Of a stretch of DNA of 64,000 nucleotides, positions 10,972 to 20,686 are shown piece after piece. Numbering within the stretch: position 1 is the stretch's first letter; each line of letters starts with the position of its first letter. A program made the position numbers and the translations under genes. The notes beneath the pieces were generated by a model. That model was not told the origin of the DNA and ran no database searches. It saw nothing but the letters and a program-made list of their open reading frames with translations. The stretch is from an uncultured bacterium (lineage in GTDB: Bacteria; Auribacterota; Erginobacteria; Erginobacterales; Erginobacteraceae): the NCBI GenBank assembly GCA_963822585.1, contig CAWGIE010000019.1, positions 64,001 through 128,000 on the forward strand, in the 5' to 3' direction.

Positions 10972-12870
10972 GTGAAATCGGCTCTTCGTACATCCCTCTT
11001 TCTCCTCCTGATTATCGTCACCGGCACGGCCGTTTATCTGCCCGCTTTTCGGGCATCCTTCCATCTCGATGACGGGCCGTCCATCCGGGATAACGTCATT
11101 CTCCGACGTTTCGTGCCGGCGGCCGTCTTCAACTACTGGCCAACCCGCTTCTTTACTTACCTGAGCCTGGCATTGACCTTCCATTTCGCCGCCCTCAACC
11201 CCTTCCCCTATCACCTCGGCAACGTCGTCATTCACCTTATCAACTCCCTGACCGTCTTCTTTCTTCTCCGGCGCCTGCTGGGCAAATCCGGCCCGCTGGC
11301 CCCCTTTGATCGGAGCCCTGATTTTTCTTCTTCATCCCCTCCAGACCCAGGCGGTCACCTACGTGATCCAGCGGGCCACCTCCCTGGCGGCAGGTTTTTA
11401 CCTCTTATCTTTTCTCTGCTACCTGAAATGCTTTCAGGTAGCAGAGAAAAGATATGCGTCTCACGACATTGTTCCGGGGAAGAAGCAGCGTCGTTCGAAT
11501 TGTCTTTTATCTTCTTTCCTTTTTGTTCGCGAGCGCGTGCGATGCTGACCAAGGAATTCACAGTCACACTGCCGGTCATGTTGGTCCTGGCGGAGCTGCT
11601 GGTCCTGCGGGACATCCCCGGGAAGAAGTCGCGAAAATTGCTCCGCCTGGCGCCTTTTCTGCTCGCCCTGTTGCTCATCCCCGCGATCATCAGGCTCTAC
11701 AGCGCCAACCCCCACTATAACGACTCCGGCCAGGTCGAATGGCTGCGGGAAGCGGGGGTGATGTCCCAGACCGCTCCCGGCCACGGGGAGTCGCCCCGGC
11801 TCTACCTGCTCACCCAGAGCCGGGTCTTTATCACCTATCTCCGGCTCCTGGTCCTTCCCGTCAACCAACAGGTCGATTACGACTACCCGAAGATTTCTTC
11901 TGTCTTTGAACCCGGCGTGCTCATATACGCGGCGACGTTTATCTCTCTGATCATGATCGCCCTCTATTGCTCCCGGAGAAAAAATCTTATCCTGGCCGGG
12001 TTCGGAATCTTCTGGTTCATCATCGTCCTGCTGCCGGAATCGAGTTTCATCCCCATTATCGACGTGGCCGTCGAGCACCGGCTTTATCTGCCCCTCTTCG
12101 GGATGGTCCTGGTGTTTGCCGTTCTGCTTCGATCGCTCGCCCGGTACCGGCGAGCCCGTTTTTATCTCTGCGCAGCGGCGGTTATTTTGCTCGGTCTGCT
12201 GACCTATCGGAGAAATCTGGTCTGGAAAGAGCCGGTCACCCTCTGGGAGGACAACGTTAAAAAGGCCCCCGGCCGCGCCCGGGTCCACGGCAACCTGGGG
12301 AAAGCCTACCTCGACCGGGGACGGTACGAGAAGGCGGCGGAGGAGTTCCGGAAACTGATCGAGATCGACCCCACCTTCGCCGGCGCCTACAATAACCTGG
12401 CCGTCATCTACATCGATCATATCAAGGACTACGCCCTGGCCGAAAAGTACATCGAGGCCTCGCTGACCCTCTTCCCCGACTATCCCGCCGGATACGTGAA
12501 CCGGGGCGTGATCAATCTCAACAACCGGCGGCTGCGGCCGGCCATCCGGGATTTCGAGAAGGCGGTGGAACTCGACCCGGAGAACCTCCTCGCCTATTAC
12601 AACCTGGGCGCCTGCTACATCAACCTGGGGGACCTCTATGCCCGCGAAGCATCCTCCCTTCGCTCACTGGGCAAGGAGGAAGCCGCGGCCGGGAAAGACC
12701 AGGCGGCGGCGGCCGAATATGCCCGGGCGGAGGAATTTCTGCAGCGGGGCATCTCCTACTGGCCGGAAGAAGCGAAGTTCTACGTTCTTCTGGCCCGTCT
12801 CTATAGAGGAATGGGGGAGACAGAGAAGGCCGATGCTTATTTTCAGAAAGCCCGGGAGATGGGAAGATGA
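10972..12870 (+). CDS. TMTC-like polytopic membrane protein (GT-C type) with C-terminal TPRs; compensating frameshifts ~11305/~11530
   Basis: FHLDD, LLHPLQTQAVTYVIQR (alternate frame), KE, EHRLYLP, RNLVW, TPR repeats. Confidence 0.82.
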   Translation: MKSALRTSLFLLLIIVTGTAVYLPAFRASFHLDDGPSIRDNVILRRFVPAAVFNYWPTRFFTYLSLALTFHFAALNPFPYHLGNVVIHLINSLTVFFLLRRLLGKSGPLAPFDRSPDFSSSSPPDPGGHLRDPAGHLPGGRFLPLIFSLLPEMLSGSREKICVSRHCSGEEAASFELSFIFFPFCSRARAMLTKEFTVTLPVMLVLAELLVLRDIPGKKSRKLLRLAPFLLALLLIPAIIRLYSANPHYNDSGQVEWLREAGVMSQTAPGHGESPRLYLLTQSRVFITYLRLLVLPVNQQVDYDYPKISSVFEPGVLIYAATFISLIMIALYCSRRKNLILAGFGIFWFIIVLLPESSFIPIIDVAVEHRLYLPLFGMVLVFAVLLRSLARYRRARFYLCAAAVILLGLLTYRRNLVWKEPVTLWEDNVKKAPGRARVHGNLGKAYLDRGRYEKAAEEFRKLIEIDPTFAGAYNNLAVIYIDHIKDYALAEKYIEASLTLFPDYPAGYVNRGVINLNNRRLRPAIRDFEKAVELDPENLLAYYNLGACYINLGDLYAREASSLRSLGKEEAAAGKDQAAAAEYARAEEFLQRGISYWPEEAKFYVLLARLYRGMGETEKADAYFQKAREMGR

Positions 12871-12984
12871 AGCCCCATCAGAGGAAAATAGTGCCTAAAG
12901 TGCCTGAAGTGCGCTAAAATGCTTACAGCAAGGGGAATTGGAGGATCGCTTCGATTGCGATAAATATACTACACTTTTGATTTA

Positions 12985-13655
12985 TCTTAGTGTCTTTGTG
13001 TCTTAAAAGGGGGCTCGATGGGAGGAAAAACTGAACGTCGAACGTTCAACGTTCAACTCTCAACGTTCAAAAAAATCGTCATGTCCCAAAATCGTCCTGT
13101 CACAAAGGGGGGCGAGGCGGGGAACAATTGGTGTAAATTAGTGTAAACTTGTGGTGAGCGGAGCCGAATCCATTAGTGGATTCAAAAGGGGCCGAGGTAG
13201 GGGAAATCAATCTGAGTAATACTGTGTAATCTGTGGACTCAAAAAGGGGCCGAGGCAGGGGATAAAAACCGAACATCGAACGTCGAACTTTGAACGTCCA
13301 ACTTCGAACGTCGAACAGGAACGTTCAACACAATTCGTGTAATTCGCGAAATTCGTAGTTTAAATAAAGGGGCTGAGGCAGGGGATAAAAACCGAACATC
13401 GAACGTCGAACTTTGAACGTCCAACTTCGAACGTCGAACAGGAACGTTCAACACAATTCGTGTAATTCGCGAAATTCGTAGTTTAAATAAAGGGGCCGAG
13501 GCAGGGGATAAAAACCGAACATCGAACGTCGAACTTTGAACGTCCAACTTCGAACGTCGAACAGGAACGTTCAACACAATTCGTGTAATTCGCGAAATTC
13601 GTAGTTTAAATAAAGGGGCCGAGGTAGGGGGATAATTCGCGAAATTCGCAGTTAA
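12985..13655 (+). repeat. Largest G-rich-motif modular array, including a 123-bp unit repeated three times
   Basis: Seven motif copies; GATAAAAACC at 13261, 13384, 13507. Confidence 0.92.
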
Positions 13656-13668
13656 AAAAGGAGATACA

Positions 13669-14841
13669 ATGAATCATGAGTGGGAGAATGAAAAACCGGC
13701 CGGCACGGCGACCTTTGCCGGGCTGGGCCTGGGCCCGCAAGCGCTCGCAGCGGCCCGGCGCGCCGGATTTAAAGAACCGACCGAAATCCAGGAAAAGTTC
13801 ATCCCGGCCGCGCTGACCGGACGCGACTGCGTCGGCCGGGCCCGCACCGGGACCGGGAAGACGGCCGCCTTCCTTCTCCCGGTCCTACACCGTTTTTACG
13901 AGGGGGAGCCGGTGCGGATGATTGTCCTCGCCCCCACCCGGGAGCTGGCCGAGCAGATCAAGGAGGAGAGCTGGAAATTGACCGGGAAAAGACCCCCCCG
14001 GGCGCTGGCCGTTTACGGGGGAACCCGCATCAACCCCCAGATCGAAGCTCTCAAGCGGAACCCCGAGATCGTGGTCGGGACCCCGGGGCGGATCCTCGAC
14101 CACGGACACCGGCACACCATGTCTTTTCATGACTTCACGATCGTGGTCCTGGACGAAGTCGACCGCATGTTCGACATGGGTTTCCGCCAGGACATCGGCG
14201 TCATCCTGAAAAAATGCCGGGGACGAAAGCAGACCATGTTTCTTTCCGCCACCCTCCCCCCCGAGATCATGCGCCTGGCCGAACGGTTCCTGCGGGATCC
14301 GATCCGGATATCGGCGGTGGAGGAGGACAGTCCGTCAGTGGAGACACTCGAACAGTACTACTTCAGCGTCTCCCCCCGGCGGAAGATGTCCCTTCTGGAG
14401 CGGCTGCTGGCCCGGGAACAACCGGAGCTGGCCCTGATCTTCACCCGGACCAAGCGGGGAGCGGAGCGGGTGGGGAAAAGCCTGAGCAAGAAACGGCACG
14501 ATTCCATGTTTATCCATGGCGACCTGCCTCAATCCCAGCGGGACCGGGCGGTGGCCGCGTTCCGGGAGAGAAAAATCCGCCTCCTGGTGGCGACCGACGT
14601 CATGGGTCGGGGGATCGATATCTCGGACATCTCCCATATCATCAACTACGACATACCCGATAACCCCGATGACTACCTCCACCGGGTCGGCCGCTCGGCG
14701 CGGATGGACGCGCGGGGAAAAGCCTTCACCTTCGTCACCCCCGAGCAGGGGGAGCAACTAACGGCCGTCGAGATGCTCTGCAATCTCCTGCTCCACGAGG
14801 ACCGGATCGAAGGCTTCGACCCCGGGCTGGACGATCTGTAA
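13669..14841 (+). CDS. DEAD-box RNA helicase
   Basis: GTGKT, PTRELA, TPGR, DEVD, SAT, HRVGRSAR. Confidence 0.96.
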   Translation: MNHEWENEKPAGTATFAGLGLGPQALAAARRAGFKEPTEIQEKFIPAALTGRDCVGRARTGTGKTAAFLLPVLHRFYEGEPVRMIVLAPTRELAEQIKEESWKLTGKRPPRALAVYGGTRINPQIEALKRNPEIVVGTPGRILDHGHRHTMSFHDFTIVVLDEVDRMFDMGFRQDIGVILKKCRGRKQTMFLSATLPPEIMRLAERFLRDPIRISAVEEDSPSVETLEQYYFSVSPRRKMSLLERLLAREQPELALIFTRTKRGAERVGKSLSKKRHDSMFIHGDLPQSQRDRAVAAFRERKIRLLVATDVMGRGIDISDISHIINYDIPDNPDDYLHRVGRSARMDARGKAFTFVTPEQGEQLTAVEMLCNLLLHEDRIEGFDPGLDDL

Positions 14842-14874
14842 AAAGACGGGACGCTGTACTCGGTGGACGAAAAG

Positions 14875-15040
14875 ATGAACGTCGAACGGCCAACTTCGAA
14901 CTTCGAACAGAAAAGAATGAACGTTCAACGCTCAACATCCGATGAAAAATTCGTGGACTAAAAAGGGGCCGAGGCGCGGGGGAAACTTTTGCGTATTTTG
15001 CGCCTTTTTGCGGCTGATAAAAGGGGCCGAGGTAGGGGGA
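14875..15040 (+). repeat. G-rich-motif modular array
   Basis: Heptamer module, motif at 14960, TTTTGCGCCTTTTTGCGGCT module, motif at 15019. Confidence 0.85.
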
Positions 15041-15041
15041 T

Positions 15042-17672
15042 CTAGCGCGTAACCGGGATATCCCCCGATCTCCCGAAGTAAGTTCTTGATATCCCCCGGA
15101 TCGCCCAGAGACCGGAAGTTGGCCGGAAGATCCCCTTATTATCTGTACCATTCCCATTAAAATCGGCGGGAACCGGCACATCCGACCCGGAACCGAAATA
15201 ACACCTGCTTCCACCCCGAACCGCCCACAATCCGGTTGCCGGACGGAAGACCGCCGGCGCCCTACTCCCCTCCCCCTGATAATCCCCCGGCACCGGCCGG
15301 TCAGTGTCCGTTCCGAAGTAGATCCGGGTGATGCTTCGGATCGCCCACAATCCGCCGCTTCTCCTGAATATGGCGATATCATCATATCCATCTCCATCAT
15401 AATCACCCGGTACGGGGAGATCGCCGGCGAGTCCGAAATAGATCCGGGTGATGCCGACGATATCCCAGAGACCACTATCGAAGATGCCGATATCGCAGCA
15501 GCCGTCGCCGTCATAGTCCCCGGGGACCGGCATGTCGGAGGAACCTCCCGCGTATGTTCGGGTCAGGCCCCGGAGCGCCCAGAGCCCGGAAGTCTTCCGG
15601 AAGATACCGATATCGGTCGTCCCGTCTCCGTCGTAATCCCCGCTGACCGGGAGATCGCCGGCCGCCCCGAAGTAGAGGCGGCTGACACCGCGAAGAGCCC
15701 AGAGCCCGGCGGTGTCCCGAAAGACGGCAATATCCGAAGTCCCGTCCCCGTCATAATCCCCCGACCCCAGGATCAGAATCGGTGGTGTCGGTGCCAGCGA
15801 AGGAGATGGAGTTGAGGTGGGGCTGATTGGCAGCGTCGGAGACGGGGTCGGCGTGGGCGTCATTGGCGGCGTCGGTGACCGGGTCGGCGGGGGCGTTGGG
15901 GGCCAAGATGGAGGGGGCGGTACCGGAGTCGGTGTTGTCTGACGATAGGTAACACAAAGATCGGCCATGTTGCATGGCCAGTCATCGGAGAAAGTAACCC
16001 AGGCGGTATGTGTCCCCGGCGATAAGGAGGACGTGTCCCCCAGTGAGATAGTAACCTCAAAAACCTGGCTGTCAAAACCGAAGCCCTGGGGCGGATCGAC
16101 TTCCAGCCAGTCGGTGGCGGTTGTCCACCAATTGTGGATCAGATTGGTCTGCCTAAGGCAGTTAAAGGTAAAATTGTAGATAATATCTCGACTGGAAGTT
16201 TGAGCTGAGAGAGTGATTGCCCCGGGTGATACATGCGGGCAACCAGAGCAATAAATGGGTGAAGGAGTAGGTGAAATTGGCGGAGTTGGCGTTCGATAGG
16301 CTACCGGAGTGGTTGTGGGGAAATGAAAACCTTTAGGTGTCAGAGTAGGCGTTGGTGTGGGATCAAATGCTTTTTGGGCAATTTGATAGAGCAATTGATC
16401 ATAATAGGTTGACCCGTCGGACCCGACATACAATTCAGTATATCCGGTCAATACAGGGAGATATATCCGCTTCTGCCTACCGCCATCATAGGTAAGCAGA
16501 AGATCATCCCCGGTCTGAGTGTTGAAGCCTCTATGGGCAAAGGTCCGGAGGAGGACATCTCCTTCTCCGGTCTGCTTATCATAAGATCGATTCTCGGTAT
16601 CGAAGATATGCCCCCAGCTGGTGATCCCGCCGGCCACGTCTCTTAATTGATAAACCAGGTCATACTTACCCGAGCCCCGGGGATGAATGATCCTCACACC
16701 TTCTATATCGGTCAATCGAAAGAATTCCGGCGGCGGGGTTGGTGACGGTGTGGGAATATAATAATTCACAACAAGATATGTCTCCTCACATCCCCAATCG
16801 TGATCGAACCTGATCCAATCACTATGCGCGCCCGGTGACAGTGAAGAGGTGTCGCCAAGGGTGATTGCTATGACAAAGGTTTGGCTGTCAAACCCGAAAC
16901 CCTGGGACGGCTCAACCTCCAGCCATTCGGTGGCGCTCGTCCACCAATTGTGGATCAGGTTAGTTTGTCGGAGACAGTTATAGGTAAAATCATAGATGAT
17001 ATCCTGGGAAGAAGTTTGATCGGAGAGAGTGATTGCCCCGGGTAGAACGCGGGGACAACCATAGCAGTAGGGGGGTGTGGGAGTCGGGGTCGATGACGGA
17101 CAAGTATAAGCATAGGGAGTAGGAGTAGCCGTACGAAATCCTACCGGAGTTAATGTGGGTATCGGGCTTAGGGTAGGAGATGGTGTCGGGTTGGAAGCTT
17201 CCCGGGCAATTTGACAAAGCCATTGATCATAATAAGTTGACCCGTCAGCCCCGACATACAACTCGGTGTATCCGGTCAATACAGGGAGATATATCCGCTT
17301 CTGCCAACCGCCATCATAGGTAAGCAGAAGATTATCCCCGGTCTGAGTACTGAAGCCTTTATGGGCAAAGGTCCGGAGGAGGACATCTCCTTCTCCGGTT
17401 TGCTTATCGTAAGATCGATTCTCGGTATCGAAGATATGCCCCCAACTGACGATCGCTCCCGTCGTATCCCGAAGCTGATAAACCAAATCATATCGGGTCG
17501 TTCCCCGGGAGTTCACGACCTCCAGTAATTCAACGTCGGTAAGCCGGAAAAATGATCCACAGGGTAACGGAGTCGGTGTCGGGAGAGAGTCTGTGGAAAA
17601 TGCGGGGGAGGTGAGAACAATTGAGAGGAGAAGATCGACTACAATCAATGAAAAGGCATTCTTCACAATCAA
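15042..17672 (-). CDS. Secreted/surface protein: duplicated two-domain unit, PT linkers, C-terminal FG-GAP-like repeats
   Basis: Signal-like N-terminus; FFRLTD..YYDQ and C.GCP..WLEV.P units each twice; GDYDGDG repeats. Confidence 0.8.
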   Translation of the reverse strand: MIVKNAFSLIVVDLLLSIVLTSPAFSTDSLPTPTPLPCGSFFRLTDVELLEVVNSRGTTRYDLVYQLRDTTGAIVSWGHIFDTENRSYDKQTGEGDVLLRTFAHKGFSTQTGDNLLLTYDGGWQKRIYLPVLTGYTELYVGADGSTYYDQWLCQIAREASNPTPSPTLSPIPTLTPVGFRTATPTPYAYTCPSSTPTPTPPYCYGCPRVLPGAITLSDQTSSQDIIYDFTYNCLRQTNLIHNWWTSATEWLEVEPSQGFGFDSQTFVIAITLGDTSSLSPGAHSDWIRFDHDWGCEETYLVVNYYIPTPSPTPPPEFFRLTDIEGVRIIHPRGSGKYDLVYQLRDVAGGITSWGHIFDTENRSYDKQTGEGDVLLRTFAHRGFNTQTGDDLLLTYDGGRQKRIYLPVLTGYTELYVGSDGSTYYDQLLYQIAQKAFDPTPTPTLTPKGFHFPTTTPVAYRTPTPPISPTPSPIYCSGCPHVSPGAITLSAQTSSRDIIYNFTFNCLRQTNLIHNWWTTATDWLEVDPPQGFGFDSQVFEVTISLGDTSSLSPGTHTAWVTFSDDWPCNMADLCVTYRQTTPTPVPPPPSWPPTPPPTRSPTPPMTPTPTPSPTLPISPTSTPSPSLAPTPPILILGSGDYDGDGTSDIAVFRDTAGLWALRGVSRLYFGAAGDLPVSGDYDGDGTTDIGIFRKTSGLWALRGLTRTYAGGSSDMPVPGDYDGDGCCDIGIFDSGLWDIVGITRIYFGLAGDLPVPGDYDGDGYDDIAIFRRSGGLWAIRSITRIYFGTDTDRPVPGDYQGEGSRAPAVFRPATGLWAVRGGSRCYFGSGSDVPVPADFNGNGTDNKGIFRPTSGLWAIRGISRTYFGRSGDIPVTR

Positions 17673-17697
17673 GCCTATTGAGACTGCTGTCTGACGA

Positions 17698-17796
17698 TTA
17701 TTTGTCTTCCTCTTTTCTTTCTTGAATCTTCAGAAGTATTTTAACGTATTCAACGTTACGATCGTTTAATAACTTCAAAAGGATTTCGGTGTCCAT
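17698..17796 (-). pseudogene. Internally deleted nucleotidyltransferase remnant
   Basis: MDTEILLKLLNDRNVEYV joined to KILLKIQERKEEDK*; overlaps the 3' end of the upstream small ORF. Confidence 0.55.
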
Positions 17797-17941
17797 GATC
17801 GAGCAGCATCTGTTTGATTTCGCCGGATTTTTTAAACATCATCCGAAAACGCTCTTCAGTGCTCAACGAGAGCTGATAATCCAGCTCAAAATCAAGCTGC
17901 CGGTTCTCGTCGGATTGATCAAGTTTTAGTATCGGTGACAT
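17756..17941 (-). CDS. Small protein, putative antitoxin-like partner of a nucleotidyltransferase
   Basis: 61 aa, RBS GGAG, LSLSTEERFRMM motif. Confidence 0.6.
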   Translation of the reverse strand: MSPILKLDQSDENRQLDFELDYQLSLSTEERFRMMFKKSGEIKQMLLDHGHRNPFEVIKRS

Positions 17942-18049
17942 TTATATATCTCCAGCGATTACTATATTATCAGTTTGGAGAAAAAATGACAATGAAATAA
18001 GTGTTCTTTGATAAGCGTTTTAGGAGGTGATCTTTCCGGCTGATAACAT

Positions 18050-18225
18050 GGGCCAAAGCGGAGGAAAAATTGAACATCGAACGTTCAACACTCAACATCC
18101 ACCTCACAACATTCAAAAAATCGTCATGTCCCAAAATCGTCCTGTCACAATAGGGGGCGAGGCGGGGGCAATTCCTATCCAATCACATTCAATCGTCTGT
18201 TTCAAAAGGGGCCGAGGTAGCGGGG
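18050..18225 (+). repeat. G-rich-motif modular array
   Basis: Module AAAATCGTCATGTCCCAAAATCGTCCTGTCACAA shared with ~13072-13105; motifs at ~18150 and ~18204. Confidence 0.85.
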
Positions 18226-19176
18226 TCAGCCGAGCAGGAAGATCATCATGATCACGGTGAAGATTGAGGAGATGAAGGTGGCGAAGACCAGGATGGTGGT
18301 CAGCTCGGCATCGCACCCGTAGCGTTTGGCGAAAACCGCGGTCATGGCGGCGGTGGGCATGGCGGCCTCCAGGACCACGATCTGGTGCCAGAGCAGGGGA
18401 AAGCTCAGCAGTTCCGCCTGGGCGTAGGAGAGGAGGGGCTGGATAAAGAGCTTGATCAGGCAGGCCAGGAGCACGACCGGCAGAACCCTCCGCAAATCCC
18501 GGAAGTGAAGCATGACACCGATCGTCAGCGTCACCAGGAGCGTGTTGGCGGCGCCGATCGTGTGGAGCAGGGTGTAAATACCCTTTATCACCCAGTTCTC
18601 CCGGGGCAGCGGAATGAAGGAGAAAATGACCCCAAGCAGCAGAGCAAAGAAGATCGGCGAGCGGAAAAACTTCCAGGCTTCGGCCCGCTTCTCCCGGGCC
18701 GGCCGCTCGCTGACGCCGAAGTGGATGGCGATCAGGATCCCGACGGTGAAGATCACCAGCGCCACCCCCAGCTCGCTGACGATGGCGGCGTCGGCCAGCG
18801 CCCGACTGTTGTCGAGATAGATCTCCTTGACCACCGCGTAGCCGAGGAAACCCGAGCTGGTGAAGGTGGAAGCCAGGATCAGGGCCCCCTTTTTCGGGCG
18901 AGAGAGCTTTAACAGCAGGCTCACCCCCCAGGCGAGAAAGGCGCAGACCCCCTGGGAGACGATCATCACCACCGCCAGCAGGAGCTTTTTCAGGTCGAAT
19001 TCACTGACCGAGAGGGCCCCGAAAATCAGGGCCGGGAGGGTATACTGGGTGATCAGACGGGCGAAAAGCCCCCCCTGCTCTTCCTTAATCACCCCCAGCC
19101 GGCGCAGGCCCATGGCCAGGAATATCATCCCGATCAGGACGCCGACGGACTGGATCACGCTCTGGTCGAAAGACAT
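18226..19176 (-). CDS. AEC (auxin efflux carrier/malate permease) family transporter
   Basis: About 10 TMs; TLPALIF, GFLG, SPIF, KLFIQP, AMPTA. Confidence 0.9.
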   Translation of the reverse strand: MSFDQSVIQSVGVLIGMIFLAMGLRRLGVIKEEQGGLFARLITQYTLPALIFGALSVSEFDLKKLLLAVVMIVSQGVCAFLAWGVSLLLKLSRPKKGALILASTFTSSGFLGYAVVKEIYLDNSRALADAAIVSELGVALVIFTVGILIAIHFGVSERPAREKRAEAWKFFRSPIFFALLLGVIFSFIPLPRENWVIKGIYTLLHTIGAANTLLVTLTIGVMLHFRDLRRVLPVVLLACLIKLFIQPLLSYAQAELLSFPLLWHQIVVLEAAMPTAAMTAVFAKRYGCDAELTTILVFATFISSIFTVIMMIFLLG

Positions 19177-19177
19177 A

Positions 19178-20428
19178 TCAGGTAAACTTCTCCCTGTCAC
19201 TCCATATCGAACTAACCGGCAGCGCGTGTAATTTTTTCCCGAAGGGAACGTGCTCCCGGCCCAAGTAGAGAACAACCCCGCTCACAAAGCGTTTACCGAT
19301 TGCATCGGCCAAAGATTTCAGTCCTCTGAAATCCCTGGACTTGACCGTTGCCGAAGCCTTGACCTCCAGCCCGATCACCCGGCCGGATGTGTCTTCCAGG
19401 ATGATATCCACCTCGTCTCCGGTATGAGTTCGAAAATGATACAACCGAGGCTGGATCTGGCTCCACGTTGCCTGCTTCTTCATTTCCATGACCACAAAAT
19501 TTTCCAGCAGGGGACCGGACAGAGCAGTTTCCGAGATGGATAAGCCGTTTTTCAAACCCAGCAGATACGCCATCAATCCGGTATCGCATATAATCGGTTT
19601 CGGCGATTTGACCAATCGTTTACTCAGATTGGTGGACCAGGCCGGTAGAAGCTGGACCAGAAAAGTCGTCTCCAAAAGAGCCATATACCGCTTGAGAGTG
19701 CTTTGGGGCATAGCCATACTCCGGGATAATTCCGAAAAATTCAGTAAAGAAGTGGCCCGGGTCGAGAGCAGAGAGATTAGACGAGGAAAATCGGTCAAAC
19801 CTTCTATATGTGCCAGATCCCGCACATCCCTTTGCAGGATGGTCGTGATATATGAACCGAACCAGGCTCTTCGCCTTTTTGAATGCGCCCGGCTGAGAAC
19901 TTCCGGATACCCTCCCGATAATACCCGGTTGAAGAGAGCGGTTTTACTGCCTTGATTGACGATCTTCGAGGGAAGTGACCCGGCAAACATCATATCCACG
20001 AAACATTCACTCACCCCTCCGATCTCGCCCTGGGAAAATGGCCAGAGTGTCAGAATCTCCATTCTTCCGGCGAGTGATTCCGAGAGACGCGGCAGCAGCA
20101 GAATATCGGCGGAACCCGTAAGCAGGAACCGCCCGGGACGACGTTCCCGATCCACTTCAGCCTTGATGGCCGGAAATATTTCCGGTACCCGCTGTACCTC
20201 GTCCAGGATGAGAGGTCCTTCGATTCCGGAGAGAAAACCGACCGGATCATCTTGCGCCGCCCCCAGCACCCCGGCATCATCGAAGGTCAAACATCTGGCG
20301 GGATGCAATTCTTTACCCAGCCATTTGACTAACGTCGTCTTCCCGGTCTGGCGCGGGCCGTGCAGCAGCACTACCGGGGTATCAGATAGGGCCTCTAAAA
20401 GGGAATCGGTAATACTTCTTCTCTTCAT
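19178..20428 (-). CDS. AAA_14 ATPase with DUF4143 C-terminal domain
   Basis: GPRQTGKTT, LDEVQRVP, LTGS, GGYPE, KRLVKSPK, EVD...EVKAS. Confidence 0.92.
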   Translation of the reverse strand: MKRRSITDSLLEALSDTPVVLLHGPRQTGKTTLVKWLGKELHPARCLTFDDAGVLGAAQDDPVGFLSGIEGPLILDEVQRVPEIFPAIKAEVDRERRPGRFLLTGSADILLLPRLSESLAGRMEILTLWPFSQGEIGGVSECFVDMMFAGSLPSKIVNQGSKTALFNRVLSGGYPEVLSRAHSKRRRAWFGSYITTILQRDVRDLAHIEGLTDFPRLISLLSTRATSLLNFSELSRSMAMPQSTLKRYMALLETTFLVQLLPAWSTNLSKRLVKSPKPIICDTGLMAYLLGLKNGLSISETALSGPLLENFVVMEMKKQATWSQIQPRLYHFRTHTGDEVDIILEDTSGRVIGLEVKASATVKSRDFRGLKSLADAIGKRFVSGVVLYLGREHVPFGKKLHALPVSSIWSDREKFT

Positions 20429-20493
20429 GGTTGATATTTAACCATTGAATGGTTATTTTTCAACTATAATTTGGCTCCGTGTCTCCGCGATTC

Positions 20494-20686
20494 CGAGAGG
20501 CGGGGGAGAAAAAACTGAACGTCGAACGTCCAACGCTCAACTTTCAACGTTCAATGGCCAATTCGTGTAATTCGCGAAATTCGTAGTTCAATATAGAGGC
20601 CGCGGCGGGGGGGAAACATAAGTTTTCTTGGTGTTTCTTAGTGTCTTCGTGTCTTGGTGGTTATCAAACGGGGGCGAGGCGAGGGA
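20494..20686 (+). repeat. G-rich-motif modular array
   Basis: Heptamer, AATTCGTGTAATTCGCGAAATTCGTAGTT and CTTAGTGTCTTCGTGTCTTGGTGG modules with motifs. Confidence 0.85.

Noticed and set aside
13239..13577. 112-aa repetitive ORF
   Set aside because: Translation of the 123-bp non-coding tandem repeat; likewise the ORFs at 5217, 43412, 46337, 51055 and 52924 derive from repeat elements
12985..13655. CRISPR array
   Set aside because: Repeats are degenerate, spacers are reused simple repeats of variable length, and no cas genes are present
16400..17450. DGR template/variable repeat pair
   Set aside because: Both copies are in-frame in one ORF, mismatches are not adenine-specific, and no reverse transcriptase is present
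19178..20428. AAA_14/DUF4143 gene as part of a defence island
   Set aside because: Common solitary gene; no recognisable defence partners adjacent
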